Below are positions 43,001 to 51,231 of a stretch of 64,000 bases of DNA, piece after piece. Every line of letters starts with the position of its first letter. Positions within the stretch are counted from its first letter, which is position 1. Source of the DNA: a virus; the IMG/VR virus record IMGVR_UViG_3300045988_157568; one strand, given 5' to 3'. The notes under the pieces were generated by a model. That model saw only the letters and a list, made by a program, of their open reading frames with translations, searched no databases and was not told the DNA's origin. A program made the position numbers and the translations under genes.

Positions 43001-44061
43001 GGTGCTCCTGAAGGTGTCTTGCTTATAACCTTGAAATTAAAGCTAAGGTGCTTTAGTCGGCTGTGCTCCTGTTCTGATACTGCCTTATCATAAGTCTGCA
43101 TTAGCTTTTGACGTTTCTTGTCATCACTTGACTTCCACACATTTGTTTCCGTAGGGTGTGTTATAGGTTTTTGATAACCGAATAATAACTCTTGTATTTG
43201 AGCATTACTGTTGACATTAAACTCACAACCTGCAAGCTCATAAATATCATAAAGCAAATCCTCCTTATCTGCCTTAACGTCAACTTTCATCTGCTCAAGT
43301 CGCTCTGTGTCCACTTGTGTACCGTGTTCTTCCATTACAAACAAAGTTCTCAAAAATCTCTTATAAGTCTTATTAAAGATTTTATCCATACCTTCCTTAG
43401 CCATTTCGTCCATAGTACCTAAATACAAGCACCAAGTGTAAAAAGCGTCCGCTAAAGCATATGGAGCACCTTCATCAATAAGTACCATATTAAAGGTTGC
43501 TTTTTGTGAGGCCTTTAGTCCAAAACTCTTTTTAACTTCTTTCGGCACATTATTTATGACTTCTGCAAAGTGTTCTTGCTTGATACCTAACTTCAACATT
43601 GAGTTTTCTTTCAAGCCCTTTGGTATATTCTCATTACACAACCAACAAGCTATCATTGTATCATATAAGTCTTTAGTTTTTATATCTATGCCTAAACGAG
43701 CCATAACGTGCATATCAAACTTTAGGTTATGCCCAATTATTCTGACATCTTCACGTTCAAAAACAGGTCGGAGATACTGTCTTAAAACCTTTAGAGGTAT
43801 ATTTCTCTCCCAATCTTCTTCTCTCTCGTGACATAGTGGTATGTAATAATTATTGTAGAAACCCCAAGATATTGAGATACCTACACCCTTAAAATCTTTG
43901 TTATAACCATAAACTCTCAAAGTATTTGTTTCCGTATCGAACGCAAATTCGTCAAGTTTACTCATTTTTTGAGCAAGTGTTTTCAACTTACCTGCCGTAT
44001 CTATTATATCATATCGCTCCATTACTGGACTTTTGTAATACTCCTCGTACACTACTTTCAC
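40066..44061 (-). CDS. polA: Family-A DNA polymerase (PolA-like, 3'-5' exonuclease plus polymerase) carrying two inteins
   Basis: FDTETN exo motif, GRIS/CSSPNLQQLP, DYNNLEMRVLTHY/SKD..., QIHDEVVFE. The start may be GTG 44052 (8 nt after AAGGAG) rather than 44061. Confidence 0.9.
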   Translation of the reverse strand: MKVVYEEYYKSPVMERYDIIDTAGKLKTLAQKMSKLDEFAFDTETNTLRVYGYNKDFKGVGISISWGFYNNYYIPLCHEREEDWERNIPLKVLRQYLRPVFEREDVRIIGHNLKFDMHVMARLGIDIKTKDLYDTMIACWLCNENIPKGLKENSMLKLGIKQEHFAEVINNVPKEVKKSFGLKASQKATFNMVLIDEGAPYALADAFYTWCLYLGTMDEMAKEGMDKIFNKTYKRFLRTLFVMEEHGTQVDTERLEQMKVDVKADKEDLLYDIYELAGCEFNVNSNAQIQELLFGYQKPITHPTETNVWKSSDDKKRQKLMQTYDKAVSEQEHSRLKHLSFNFKVISKTPSGAPQANTAVLLKLCKQTFKVKRKQEGVELCRKLLAYKKLEKLSSAFMEGLSEQLYSDGKAHPSFNILGTDSGRISCIEENTLITCVGGRKPIKDIVAGDLVYCYDDNGRVRISEVTNVYDNGYRECVEATWKSDGTHNTGSLICTPEHKILTHNGWCSAIDLLKDTDSRKVFHLRRSIVDNRPHIYGANKYMEQEQLIIKRDFFKCDNSDIHIHHKNGDKQDNRISNLMLMTKAEHARYHGKKLAAEGKVKTEQLRVPHKVLSEAESPNYKIIKIVPVGVKHVYDLEVRDYHNFIANEICVHNCSSPNLQQLPKAEDDDKYQIRSLFIGSEYVADKNGDWVRDYTGGAVEKGCTVKRKKIIAGDYNNLEMRVLTHYCIQRNMPIALADGGSTEIGTLVQKCEPVYVKSYNFETGKIQNMPVSDFWKNGKSALYDKPQYRGEFKDWLRITNDGDDSRLIVTHNHSIFTTEGKKLARDLKVGDTIYFNAPCIENDLKDLVIGMSLGDSNFVKRSDNLTFYHSQKQYDYLMWKYRLLKDFVTGTIQEEGKMHKAIIGANPFIRKLKRYFTNSDGKKHKQINAELLSSLNLKSLAIWYLDDGCLGHDNRCSDTKGYYVTIARENLSDEAFKVLSDKFNEYNLKFNRIKGGISCSGDNALNFLNAIAPYTPKCMAYKFPKFLQNSLETYQWNVEHKDVTEVKIISIEQVKEGDRLFSKSLTQSGYDLEVPVNHNYFANNILVSNSKDTNLMNMFLSGSDTHSSTAVNMFELDCPIEDVKKKYPHLRQAAKVINFLLMYGGGAYTLYNNLKDDPYSPIDLSGKEYLEKYHVKTGEEVAQAYIDKYFEAYSGITTFMQKQKRFAHKNGYVQTLLRRKRRLPDINSHDFKAKAYCERLSVNSCIQGSAADITMSAQNRINADPWFKSVGADMILQIHDEVVFECPEKYVDDCIAKAKAYMEHPFGDNVELNLPMLTAWDSGDSYQEAK
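40792..41880 (-). mobile_element. PolA intein 2 (363 aa) with LAGLIDADG endonuclease domain
   Basis: Begins CIQRNMPIALADG after RVLTHY and ends NNILVSN followed by S. LAGLIDADG-type blocks LVIGMSLGDS and LAIWYLDDGC. The penultimate residue is S, not H. Confidence 0.8.
42100..42783 (-). mobile_element. PolA intein 1 (228 aa) with HNH endonuclease motif
   Basis: Begins CIEENTLITCVGG after TDSGRIS and ends EICVHN followed by C. HNH-like HIHHKNGDKQDNRISNLMLMTKAEHARYH. Confidence 0.85.
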
Positions 44062-44068
44062 TCCTTAT

Positions 44069-44107
44069 ATAAAAAAATAAGTGCTATCTCAAAAGAGAGT
44101 AGCACTT
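44069..44107 (-). terminator. Rho-independent terminator immediately upstream of polA
   Basis: Stem aagtgcta(tctc)/(gaga)tagcactt (44079-44107), followed on the minus strand by ATTTTTTTA. Confidence 0.8.
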
Positions 44108-44115
44108 ATTACAGA

Positions 44116-44397
44116 TTAAGAATTTATACGTTTCTTTAGTCCTTTACCTATCTTAAAACGGAGATAGTTTTGTTTAGGAACATTTCTACGTCCACCCTTT
44201 TTATCAGGCATAGTAAAAGCGTCCCTACTATACTTCGTTAAGGTAAAATGATTAATTATTTGTAATACCCCACCTGTAATAACACTACTCTCAATAGCGT
44301 CTATTACTGCATAAATAGTCTTTTTGGCTTCTTCAACAGATACGTCATTTTTCTTTGCGTACTGTTTTGCTAAATCTTGAATACCAAAGACTGCCAC
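44116..44397 (-). CDS. HU/IHF-like DNA-binding protein
   Basis: Pattern ..DLAK.YAKKNDVSVEEAKKTIYAVIDAI...G..LQI..F.....R........P......FK.GKGLKK parallels HU. Confidence 0.7.
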   Translation of the reverse strand: MAVFGIQDLAKQYAKKNDVSVEEAKKTIYAVIDAIESSVITGGVLQIINHFTLTKYSRDAFTMPDKKGGRRNVPKQNYLRFKIGKGLKKRINS

Positions 44398-44400
44398 ACG

Positions 44401-45216
44401 TTACACCCCCTTTCGAGAAAGTTTGTGTTTATGAACAGACTTTACAGATGACTTCTTTGTGAAAGACTTTTTAGCAGGTTTAACATCTACTTCCTCATCT
44501 TCTTCATCTTCTTCATCTATATAGTCATTGTCATCTAATGGCTCATCATCTTCTTCGCTATCGTCATAGATTTCTTCATCATAATCTTCTTCTGACTTTG
44601 ATGTATCTTTTTCTGACTTTACAAGACTTGCACTTATTTCAAGCGAATTTTCAATAATTGCATAAAGACTTTCCATAGTGCCGTCATATTGGTCTGCAAG
44701 ATTATCAGGCAACATTGCAGCAATTTCTTTTTTCGTCAACTTATCTTCATCTTGACGGTCAAAAGTGTAAGTTGTGCTTGTACCCTTGCCGTTTCTCACG
44801 ATTGTATAGTCACGATTAGTTAGCCCATATCTTTCGTGTAAGCGGTCAAGCTGTGTAATAACTCTTGTACCTGCAACGTACATCTTTAATGAGCCATTAA
44901 CTTTCTTGCCGTCCTTGTTCTTGTAGCTACGTCTATCAAATACAAGAAACGCTCCCTTAAATGAAGGGTTATCGCCACCGTCACAAATAGAGCAATCGTC
45001 CCCTGTGCAAATAACACTGTCGTATCTATTACCCTTTTTAATGTTATGCTCCCAAAAGGTGACAGGTTCTTCTGTCAAAAACCTTACGTCAGCTTCATCA
45101 CCGTCATCTTGTAAAAAGAAACGGAACAACTGACCTTTCATAGCTTCTCTGCGTTCTTCCTGACGCTTTGCTTCTTTTCGTGACTCTTTATAGCCACGCT
45201 TAAATAATTTACCCAT
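44401..45216 (-). CDS. probable ssDNA-binding protein (gp32-like zinc motif, acidic tail)
   Basis: H-x13-C-x4-C-x2-C (WEHNIKK...VICTGDDCSIC). Long acidic stretch EEDYDEEIYDDSEEDDEPLDDNDYIDEEDEEDEE. Confidence 0.5.
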   Translation of the reverse strand: MGKLFKRGYKESRKEAKRQEERREAMKGQLFRFFLQDDGDEADVRFLTEEPVTFWEHNIKKGNRYDSVICTGDDCSICDGGDNPSFKGAFLVFDRRSYKNKDGKKVNGSLKMYVAGTRVITQLDRLHERYGLTNRDYTIVRNGKGTSTTYTFDRQDEDKLTKKEIAAMLPDNLADQYDGTMESLYAIIENSLEISASLVKSEKDTSKSEEDYDEEIYDDSEEDDEPLDDNDYIDEEDEEDEEVDVKPAKKSFTKKSSVKSVHKHKLSRKGV

Positions 45217-45271
45217 CTCAAATCACTCCTTTTCTCTTGTTATTATGTATTCTATTTAATGGGTTAAACAT

Positions 45272-45320
45272 ATTATAGCACATTGTTTAGTGCTTGTCAA
45301 GTATGGAATTTCAATTCCTC
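45272..45320 (-). promoter_or_regulatory. SigA-type promoter with GGAATTGAAATTCC palindrome upstream
   Basis: TTGACA = 45295-45300, TATAAT = 45272-45277, 17-nt spacer. Palindrome at 45305-45318. Confidence 0.8.
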
Positions 45321-45322
45321 GA

Positions 45323-46346
45323 TTATATTTTCTGTAAAGTATGTTTGACTAAAGAAGCTGTACTGATTAGCTTATTTGTCAATAGCTCTCCCCATTCAGA
45401 GGGGTCTTTACCTTTACCGTCTACAATAGAATAATCACACGTTAAAATATCCACTCTATCTCTTAATCTTTTTCTCGCTATTTGTTCGGCGGTCTTACCG
45501 CCTGTATCATTATCAAATAACAGTATGACCTTATCACAATTATCAGCAATAAAGTCTGCTTGTGCCACCGTCATCTTCGCTCCCATAAGAGCACCTGTGT
45601 TTATTCTGCCCCACTTATGTAACATCATACAGTCAAGCATACCTTCAACAACTATGAGTGTTCTCTTAACAGGTTTTATCTTATCGGCTGGGAACACAAT
45701 AGAGCCTTTTTGAAAACCATATATCTTATAACGGCTATTCTTAGGTCTGTTAGGGTCTATGTATCTTCCTATAACTCCGACAAGTTGATTATCTTGACTA
45801 AAGACTGGTATAGTTACTGTTTTATTCTCAATATCCCTACCCACTTTCCAATATCTCATATCTTCTTTATCAAAGCCACGTTTAAAGAAATAGGTATAGG
45901 TTGCCTTACCGCTCTTAAATGGTGCTAATTTGGTCTTAGGCATTACTTTTAGTTCAGCCTTAGTGTTTATACTACTAACTTCAAACTGGTGTAATTTACG
46001 CTGTTTTATACCACTTAAAGCCTTTGAGTAATCTACACCGTATCTTTCAGCCATAAACTGCTCTGCCTGTCGTATGCTTTTAAATTCATCAGGCAAAGAT
46101 TTATACAAAAACCACACTAATGAGCCACTGGCATTGCAACTAAAGCAGTTAAATAGTTGTAGATGTTGCCCTATTTCATCAGGTGGTTGATAGTCAGCGT
46201 TTATTCCGCAGGACGGATGACTTTCGCTAACCGTGAATAGGACAACAAAATTGTATCTTTGAGCCTTTCCACTGTTGTACTTTTTCTACTCCAATGTAAT
46301 CAAGTAAATCTTCAATTTGCTCTTTAGATAAAAGTGTACTATTCAT
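45323..46346 (-). pseudogene. dnaG: DnaG-type primase (CHC2 zinc finger plus Toprim) with the zinc finger split by an in-frame TAG and a +1 frame change
   Basis: N-frame from ATG 46346: MNSTLL...KIQFCCPIHG then TAG (46229-46227). The +1 frame continues SESHPSCGIN...FNCFSCNASGSLVWFLY into track ORF 45323..46117 (Toprim EGMLD, FDNDTGG). Confidence 0.75.
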
Positions 46347-46467
46347 AACTTACATCACCACCTTTGTACTTACATAGCCACAATATATTATTCCACTTAT
46401 CTCTGTCACATTCAGATAAAACAAGCAATCTACCAAACTTCTTGCCAACAATACTGGTATTAATCAT
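46339..46467 (-). CDS. 42-aa ORF, possible remnant of a larger gene (not in ORF track)
   Basis: MINTSIVGKKFGRLLVLSECDRDKWNNILWLCKYKGGDVSYE. Overlaps the upstream stop and the primase ATG. The GRL.VL...W.C pattern resembles N-termini of longer phage proteins. Confidence 0.3.
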   Translation of the reverse strand: MINTSIVGKKFGRLLVLSECDRDKWNNILWLCKYKGGDVSYE

Positions 46468-46918
46468 CTTGTTTCACTTCCTTAACTTGTTCTTTAGGGA
46501 TAAGTCTATTGTAGTTATTCCTTTCATATTGTCTGCACTTTGAATAAAGCTCTGTGGACTTCAGCCACTTATTGCCGTCTGAAAAATCAGCGTATACACC
46601 AATATTATTTGGGTTAAGCCCCACATTCAAAGAAGATAATTTCTCTTTGAATAACTTAGCTACCACACCTAAATGGATACTATTTAACCCTTGTCTCACC
46701 TTTGCATAAGTCTTTATAAGAACAGTCGCTTGCACCCTATTGTCGTGTTCTTTGTCAACTTTTTCCTTAACAATTTCCCACTCAATAAGATTATCAAGTT
46801 GTTTAGAACATTTTGTCCCAACACACCTATCCTTTAAAATACAAAATGTGCAGGGAATATATTGCTCACATAAAGACTTTATTGCTTTCTGCTCATTCAA
46901 TGTACAAGTTATTTTCAT
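46460..46918 (-). CDS. hypothetical Cys-rich protein (152 aa)
   Basis: ORF in the replication operon. Confidence 0.6.
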   Translation of the reverse strand: MKITCTLNEQKAIKSLCEQYIPCTFCILKDRCVGTKCSKQLDNLIEWEIVKEKVDKEHDNRVQATVLIKTYAKVRQGLNSIHLGVVAKLFKEKLSSLNVGLNPNNIGVYADFSDGNKWLKSTELYSKCRQYERNNYNRLIPKEQVKEVKQDD

Positions 46919-47097
46919 TCTGATTGCCTCTCTTTACTTTTACAGGCTATTATACACAAACGACTATGTGGGAAACTAACACTTACCACATCTTCATCTG
47001 AATAGCCATTCATACCGAGTTCGGCATTTATAACTGTTTCAAGATGTTCATAATAACCGTCATAGTTCAATGGTAAAACAATTCTAAAAAGTTTCAT
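46915..47097 (-). CDS. hypothetical protein (60 aa)
   Basis: Small ORF with a 4-nt overlap to the next gene. Confidence 0.5.
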   Translation of the reverse strand: MKLFRIVLPLNYDGYYEHLETVINAELGMNGYSDEDVVSVSFPHSRLCIIACKSKERQSE

Positions 47098-47108
47098 AAT
47101 ATGTACCC

Positions 47109-48443
47109 CTATTCCACGTCATCAACTGATAATGTATCATTGTCTGTTGAGTCATCTGCACCTTCACTATCTGACGGCAATTCAGCATATATCTCTGAAA
47201 AGTCCATACAAGTGAAGTCCCAGTTAAGTGTTATCCTACCACCCTCACCTTCTCTGTTCTTTATAACAGACACTTGCATTTCTCTGTCATTTATCATTAC
47301 TTCATCTCTGAATAAAGATATAACTACGTCAGAGTCCTGTGCGATTGCTTGTGAATATTTAATATCACTTAACTTAGGTGCTGCTTTTGTGTTAGACTTC
47401 TTCTCGTCCAACTGTGTATTGATAACAATAGGCTTGTTTACTCTCTTAGCGAGCTTTTTCAAGTCACGAGTAATATGTGCTACTCTCAACCAATCATCTC
47501 TTGCATTTTGGTCGTCCTCCATAAGATACACACCGTCAATAAACACTATGTCAGGGTTTACTTCTTTAATTCTCTGCTCTAAAGCCATAACCCCTGTCGC
47601 TGTATCTATATACAATGGTTCTAAAGAGGGCAATTCTTCTTCCAAAAATTCAAAGTATTCCTTTTCTACTTTCGGTGGTAGCTTACCACGTTTAAATTGT
47701 GAATAATTCATACCGTCCTTATGTAATTTGGAAAACATAATTGCGTCATATCTATCCTGCATTAAGGCGGTTGACATCTCTGTCACCATTTGCAATACAC
47801 TACACCCCTGCAACACGCAACTCGTACCTAAGATACATTCAAAGAATGTTTTACCTGTACCAGTTCGTCCTGCAATAGTGATTAAGCAACCGTCTATCAA
47901 GCCTTTAGTTATCATATCAAGAGCGTTCCACCCTGTGCCGATACCCAACATACCTTGGTTCTTTTTACGCTCTAAATACTGATTTTTTCTTTCGTCAGTG
48001 TTGTCATTTATTTTTACTGAATTAGAGATTGTAACTTCTTGGTCTAACTCTGCAACACCACTCTTTAAAATCTCATAGGCTTCTTCTGTATTAAGACTTT
48101 CAAGATTGTCAGCGGTGGACTGTATCAAGTCAATCAAATTATTATGCTTTGTTTTCAATATAAGCTCATTACACCAAAAAGACAATAACTCATTTGTGCC
48201 GACAACTTTTTTTCCTTTATCATTTGTATATGTATATACTTTTATGTTAGGAAATTTTGCCTTTAGCACCCTATGTGTTGGTGGCTCACCAAATTGATGT
48301 ATATGCTTTAACATATAACTTACAATTCGCTTGTTTTCACCTGTAAAGAAAGAAGTTTTAATTTGATAGTCACTTACCACTTTTATATCTTTTGTTTCTA
48401 TCAACTTCGATATAAACCCTATCTCTGCATTTAGTTTTGACAC
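47109..48443 (-). CDS. dnaB: DnaB-family replicative helicase
   Basis: GIGTGWNALDMITKGLIDGCLITIAGRTGTGKTFF Walker A region, IVFIDGVYLM Walker B, typical DnaB length. Confidence 0.85.
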   Translation of the reverse strand: MSKLNAEIGFISKLIETKDIKVVSDYQIKTSFFTGENKRIVSYMLKHIHQFGEPPTHRVLKAKFPNIKVYTYTNDKGKKVVGTNELLSFWCNELILKTKHNNLIDLIQSTADNLESLNTEEAYEILKSGVAELDQEVTISNSVKINDNTDERKNQYLERKKNQGMLGIGTGWNALDMITKGLIDGCLITIAGRTGTGKTFFECILGTSCVLQGCSVLQMVTEMSTALMQDRYDAIMFSKLHKDGMNYSQFKRGKLPPKVEKEYFEFLEEELPSLEPLYIDTATGVMALEQRIKEVNPDIVFIDGVYLMEDDQNARDDWLRVAHITRDLKKLAKRVNKPIVINTQLDEKKSNTKAAPKLSDIKYSQAIAQDSDVVISLFRDEVMINDREMQVSVIKNREGEGGRITLNWDFTCMDFSEIYAELPSDSEGADDSTDNDTLSVDDVE

Positions 48444-48447
48444 TCTG

Positions 48448-48888
48448 TCACCTTCTTCCCTTTATTCTTAATATCCTGCCAATCTTATTGACAGGCATAG
48501 TCCACTGGCTATTTACTAAACTGCGTGTTTTGTCATCATTATCAACGTAGTAAGATATTACCCCAGTGTTCAATTTTGAGCTAATAAAAGAGGGTCTTTT
48601 AACCCTCGCTATCTCGCTATATGGTACATCTTTTATAGCGTCCATTAAGTAGTCCGAATATTCATCTTCAAATATTACAAGCACTACTCGCATATCTGTT
48701 GACATATAAATATACTCAACCAGTGACTTTACATCTTCATTGACTACTACCCTTTTATGCCCTGACAAAGCATTTAAAACCTTGTCCTTAAATGAGGTAT
48801 CTAAATATGTTGTTAGTGTTCCTACACACCTTAGAGCCACCGTTTCAGCACCCCTATTGGATATATCACCGTGTAACACTCTTATCAC
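48448..48888 (-). CDS. hypothetical protein (146 aa)
   Basis: ORF in the replication operon. Confidence 0.6.
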   Translation of the reverse strand: MIRVLHGDISNRGAETVALRCVGTLTTYLDTSFKDKVLNALSGHKRVVVNEDVKSLVEYIYMSTDMRVVLVIFEDEYSDYLMDAIKDVPYSEIARVKRPSFISSKLNTGVISYYVDNDDKTRSLVNSQWTMPVNKIGRILRIKGRR

Positions 48889-49512
48889 CTAACCCTCAAA
48901 ATACTCGTCACGCCTGTCCCTTTCGTCAATCAAGACAGGGTAAGAGTTACCCTTTATGAGTGAAAAGATACTTGCTCCGTATATCTCTTTCACTTTTACA
49001 GGTGACAAATTTGTACAGAATATAGTCACCATTCCATTATCTTCTCTGTATCTTAACAAATCCTCAAGAATAGGTCTTACAACTTTAGTATCAAGTTCCT
49101 TGCCTATTTCTTCAAGGACTAAAAAGTCAACCGCCTTAAATCTGTTATAAAATTCTTCTTCAAGAGCAACCTTTTCTTCGGGGTCTTTTGCACCCCACAT
49201 AGCAGTATATTTCTGCACATACTCTGATAAAGTCACTCTCTTAGAAGTATAGCGGTGGCGGTATGCTTCTTTAGCAATTATACAAGATAACATTGTTTTG
49301 CCTACCCCATTACTGCCATAGAAGTAGATACCACTATTCTTCATATATTTGTCATCTATATTTGCAATATAATCGGCAACATAATCTCTGACTTTGACTA
49401 ATTCTTCTTCATCAGCTTTAAAATCGTCAATAGATATGTCATAAAACTTCTTAGGTATGCCGATTATACTTAGATTTTTGTTGGATAATGATTGTCTTAC
49501 TGGTCTTTTCAT
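48889..49512 (-). CDS. DnaC/IstB-like AAA+ helicase loader
   Basis: IYFYGSNGVGKTMLSCIIAKEA Walker A, FLVLEEIG Walker B. Start ATG 49512 after GGGGAG. Confidence 0.7.
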   Translation of the reverse strand: MKRPVRQSLSNKNLSIIGIPKKFYDISIDDFKADEEELVKVRDYVADYIANIDDKYMKNSGIYFYGSNGVGKTMLSCIIAKEAYRHRYTSKRVTLSEYVQKYTAMWGAKDPEEKVALEEEFYNRFKAVDFLVLEEIGKELDTKVVRPILEDLLRYREDNGMVTIFCTNLSPVKVKEIYGASIFSLIKGNSYPVLIDERDRRDEYFEG

Positions 49513-49514
49513 TG

Positions 49515-50063
49515 TTACTCTCCCCATTCACCCATTTTAACTTGTTTCTTGCCTTTCTGCCACTCTCTTTCTTGATTACGAGAAACAGGCTTTCTCTTTA
49601 TCTTCTCTGACTTTTTATTAGGGTTAAACTTATCATCTAACCATAGCATTGTATCATTAAAGATAGTATTTCGCCAGTTACTGCTTAAAACGGTCGGTTG
49701 CAAGGTTGGTATCTTTAAATACTTCTGACCGCTTGTAAACAAAAACTCTATCATTGAACATATCTCAAAAGAGCTATACTCTTGTAATAGAGCCTTAAAA
49801 ATACCCATATCTCTTTTCATATTGGATATTGAGTACCTACTCCCATTCTCGTGAGCCTTTTCACGAAAGAAATAAGTTAAATCAGAGGTAGTGAAACTGT
49901 TAATATACTTTTCTAAGTCATCATACTTTCTTAGAAAAGCATTGTACTTTTCAGACTTTATTTGTCTGTTCTTTCTGTAACCTTTTGTCGTAGAGGTAAT
50001 ATTCATTACTCTCTCTTGTCCATATGCTTTATCAAACAAATCTGATAAGTCCGTCATTGTCAC
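49515..50063 (-). CDS. hypothetical protein, possible replication organiser by position
   Basis: ORF directly upstream of the loader; no motif recognised. Confidence 0.4.
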   Translation of the reverse strand: MTMTDLSDLFDKAYGQERVMNITSTTKGYRKNRQIKSEKYNAFLRKYDDLEKYINSFTTSDLTYFFREKAHENGSRYSISNMKRDMGIFKALLQEYSSFEICSMIEFLFTSGQKYLKIPTLQPTVLSSNWRNTIFNDTMLWLDDKFNPNKKSEKIKRKPVSRNQEREWQKGKKQVKMGEWGE

Positions 50064-50071
50064 TTCCCCCT

Positions 50072-50380
50072 TTATTCATACTCACTTAATGTTTCTTCAA
50101 GAATATCATCAATTACTGTTTCAATGTCTTTTACAATATCAGTCGCTTGACTTATATTATCACAAGGTGCAGACAGCCAAACATCAACTCTTAAACTCTC
50201 AAAGTCGCCCATATTTTTTGTTACACCTTTTGACATACCAATCAAAGGTACTCCTGTTTTGTGAGCTTTTATAGAGCTGTCAGCTTTCGAGCCTTTTTTA
50301 AGCTCCGACTCACTGCCGTCATTATTTCTTTTTCTTACTGCCACTTCTGCTTTATTCTTCAACGATTTCTTCACTTTCAT
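50072..50380 (-). CDS. hypothetical protein
   Basis: ORF; start ATG 50380. Confidence 0.5.
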   Translation of the reverse strand: MKVKKSLKNKAEVAVRKRNNDGSESELKKGSKADSSIKAHKTGVPLIGMSKGVTKNMGDFESLRVDVWLSAPCDNISQATDIVKDIETVIDDILEETLSEYE

Positions 50381-50714
50381 CTTCCTTAGCCTCCGCATAT
50401 GTCATATACTTTTCGTTCAACTTGTTAAACTCTTTCTCACACTTACGTCCAAAATCGGACTTGTGCATATCCTTTCCCTGTCCTATTTTCACTGTTTCGG
50501 CAACCGCCACAACAGCGTCAATTTGCTCTTGTGTATATAAGCGTCTACCTGCACTACTCTTAAAAGGTGTTTTAGGTAAAATACCGCTTATTTCCCACTT
50601 TCTTACCGTTGCACTTGACCTACCAAGGGCACTGGCAAGAGAGCCGATTGTGTATAGCTTCATCTTAATTCCGTTTGGGAAAGTGTACGGAACAGATTTT
50701 TGTTGTATAGCCAT
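50352..50714 (-). CDS. MerR/excisionase-type helix-turn-helix protein
   Basis: LYTIGSLASALGRSSATVRKWEISGILP...GRRLYTQEQIDAV. Confidence 0.6.
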   Translation of the reverse strand: MAIQQKSVPYTFPNGIKMKLYTIGSLASALGRSSATVRKWEISGILPKTPFKSSAGRRLYTQEQIDAVVAVAETVKIGQGKDMHKSDFGRKCEKEFNKLNEKYMTYAEAKEDESEEIVEE

Positions 50715-51169
50715 TACTTTGCACCCTTTCTTCTCAATTTCGGCTTTTTAGACACACTTGCAGTAGCCTGTTGCACTTCGGGCATATCTTCATCATTAGC
50801 CACATAAATAGCGTATGTGACCTTTTCTTCGGTTAAATCTTGAAGCTCGTCCGTTGTGATGTCACCTGTGCTTACAAGTTCTTCAAGTGCTTCTTCATTT
50901 ACTTCTTCCTTAACAGTTACACACTGATTAAAGCCTTTAGCCTTAACAAAGTCAAGAGTTTTCTCTTGATTTAGCTTGATACTCTTACGGCACTGCTTAC
51001 CAAAGACAAAACCGCTGTCTTTAGCATAGTAATTACCTTTAGTATCTCTCTCTGCGTGTTCTTCTGCATACTTTTTAATTTCTTCGCCAAGTGCTTTCAT
51101 ATTCTTTTCAAGCAAACCCTTTTGTTCTTTCATTTTTTGATACTGTCTTACCTTTTCAACAATACTCAT
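50714..51169 (-). CDS. hypothetical coiled-coil protein (151 aa)
   Basis: ORF after a putative promoter. Confidence 0.55.
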   Translation of the reverse strand: MSIVEKVRQYQKMKEQKGLLEKNMKALGEEIKKYAEEHAERDTKGNYYAKDSGFVFGKQCRKSIKLNQEKTLDFVKAKGFNQCVTVKEEVNEEALEELVSTGDITTDELQDLTEEKVTYAIYVANDEDMPEVQQATASVSKKPKLRRKGAK

Positions 51170-51202
51170 TTTAAATCATTCCTTTCACTTGTTGTTACTA
51201 CA

Positions 51203-51231
51203 AGTTTACCATACTTGTCCACATTTGTCAA
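51203..51231 (-). promoter_or_regulatory. Probable SigA-type promoter
   Basis: TTGACA = 51226-51231, TAAACT = 51203-51208, 17-nt spacer. Confidence 0.5.

Noticed and set aside
47101-47706. 201-aa plus-strand ORF, and many other 60-130-aa plus-strand ORFs in the track (for example 31673..32071, 23537..23851, 50422..50751, 15493..15804).
   Set aside because: All lie antisense to well-supported minus-strand genes such as dnaB. They have low-complexity S/L/F/I-rich translations typical of the reverse frame of AT-rich coding DNA, and they lack SD sequences and promoters. No plus-strand gene is supported anywhere in the window.
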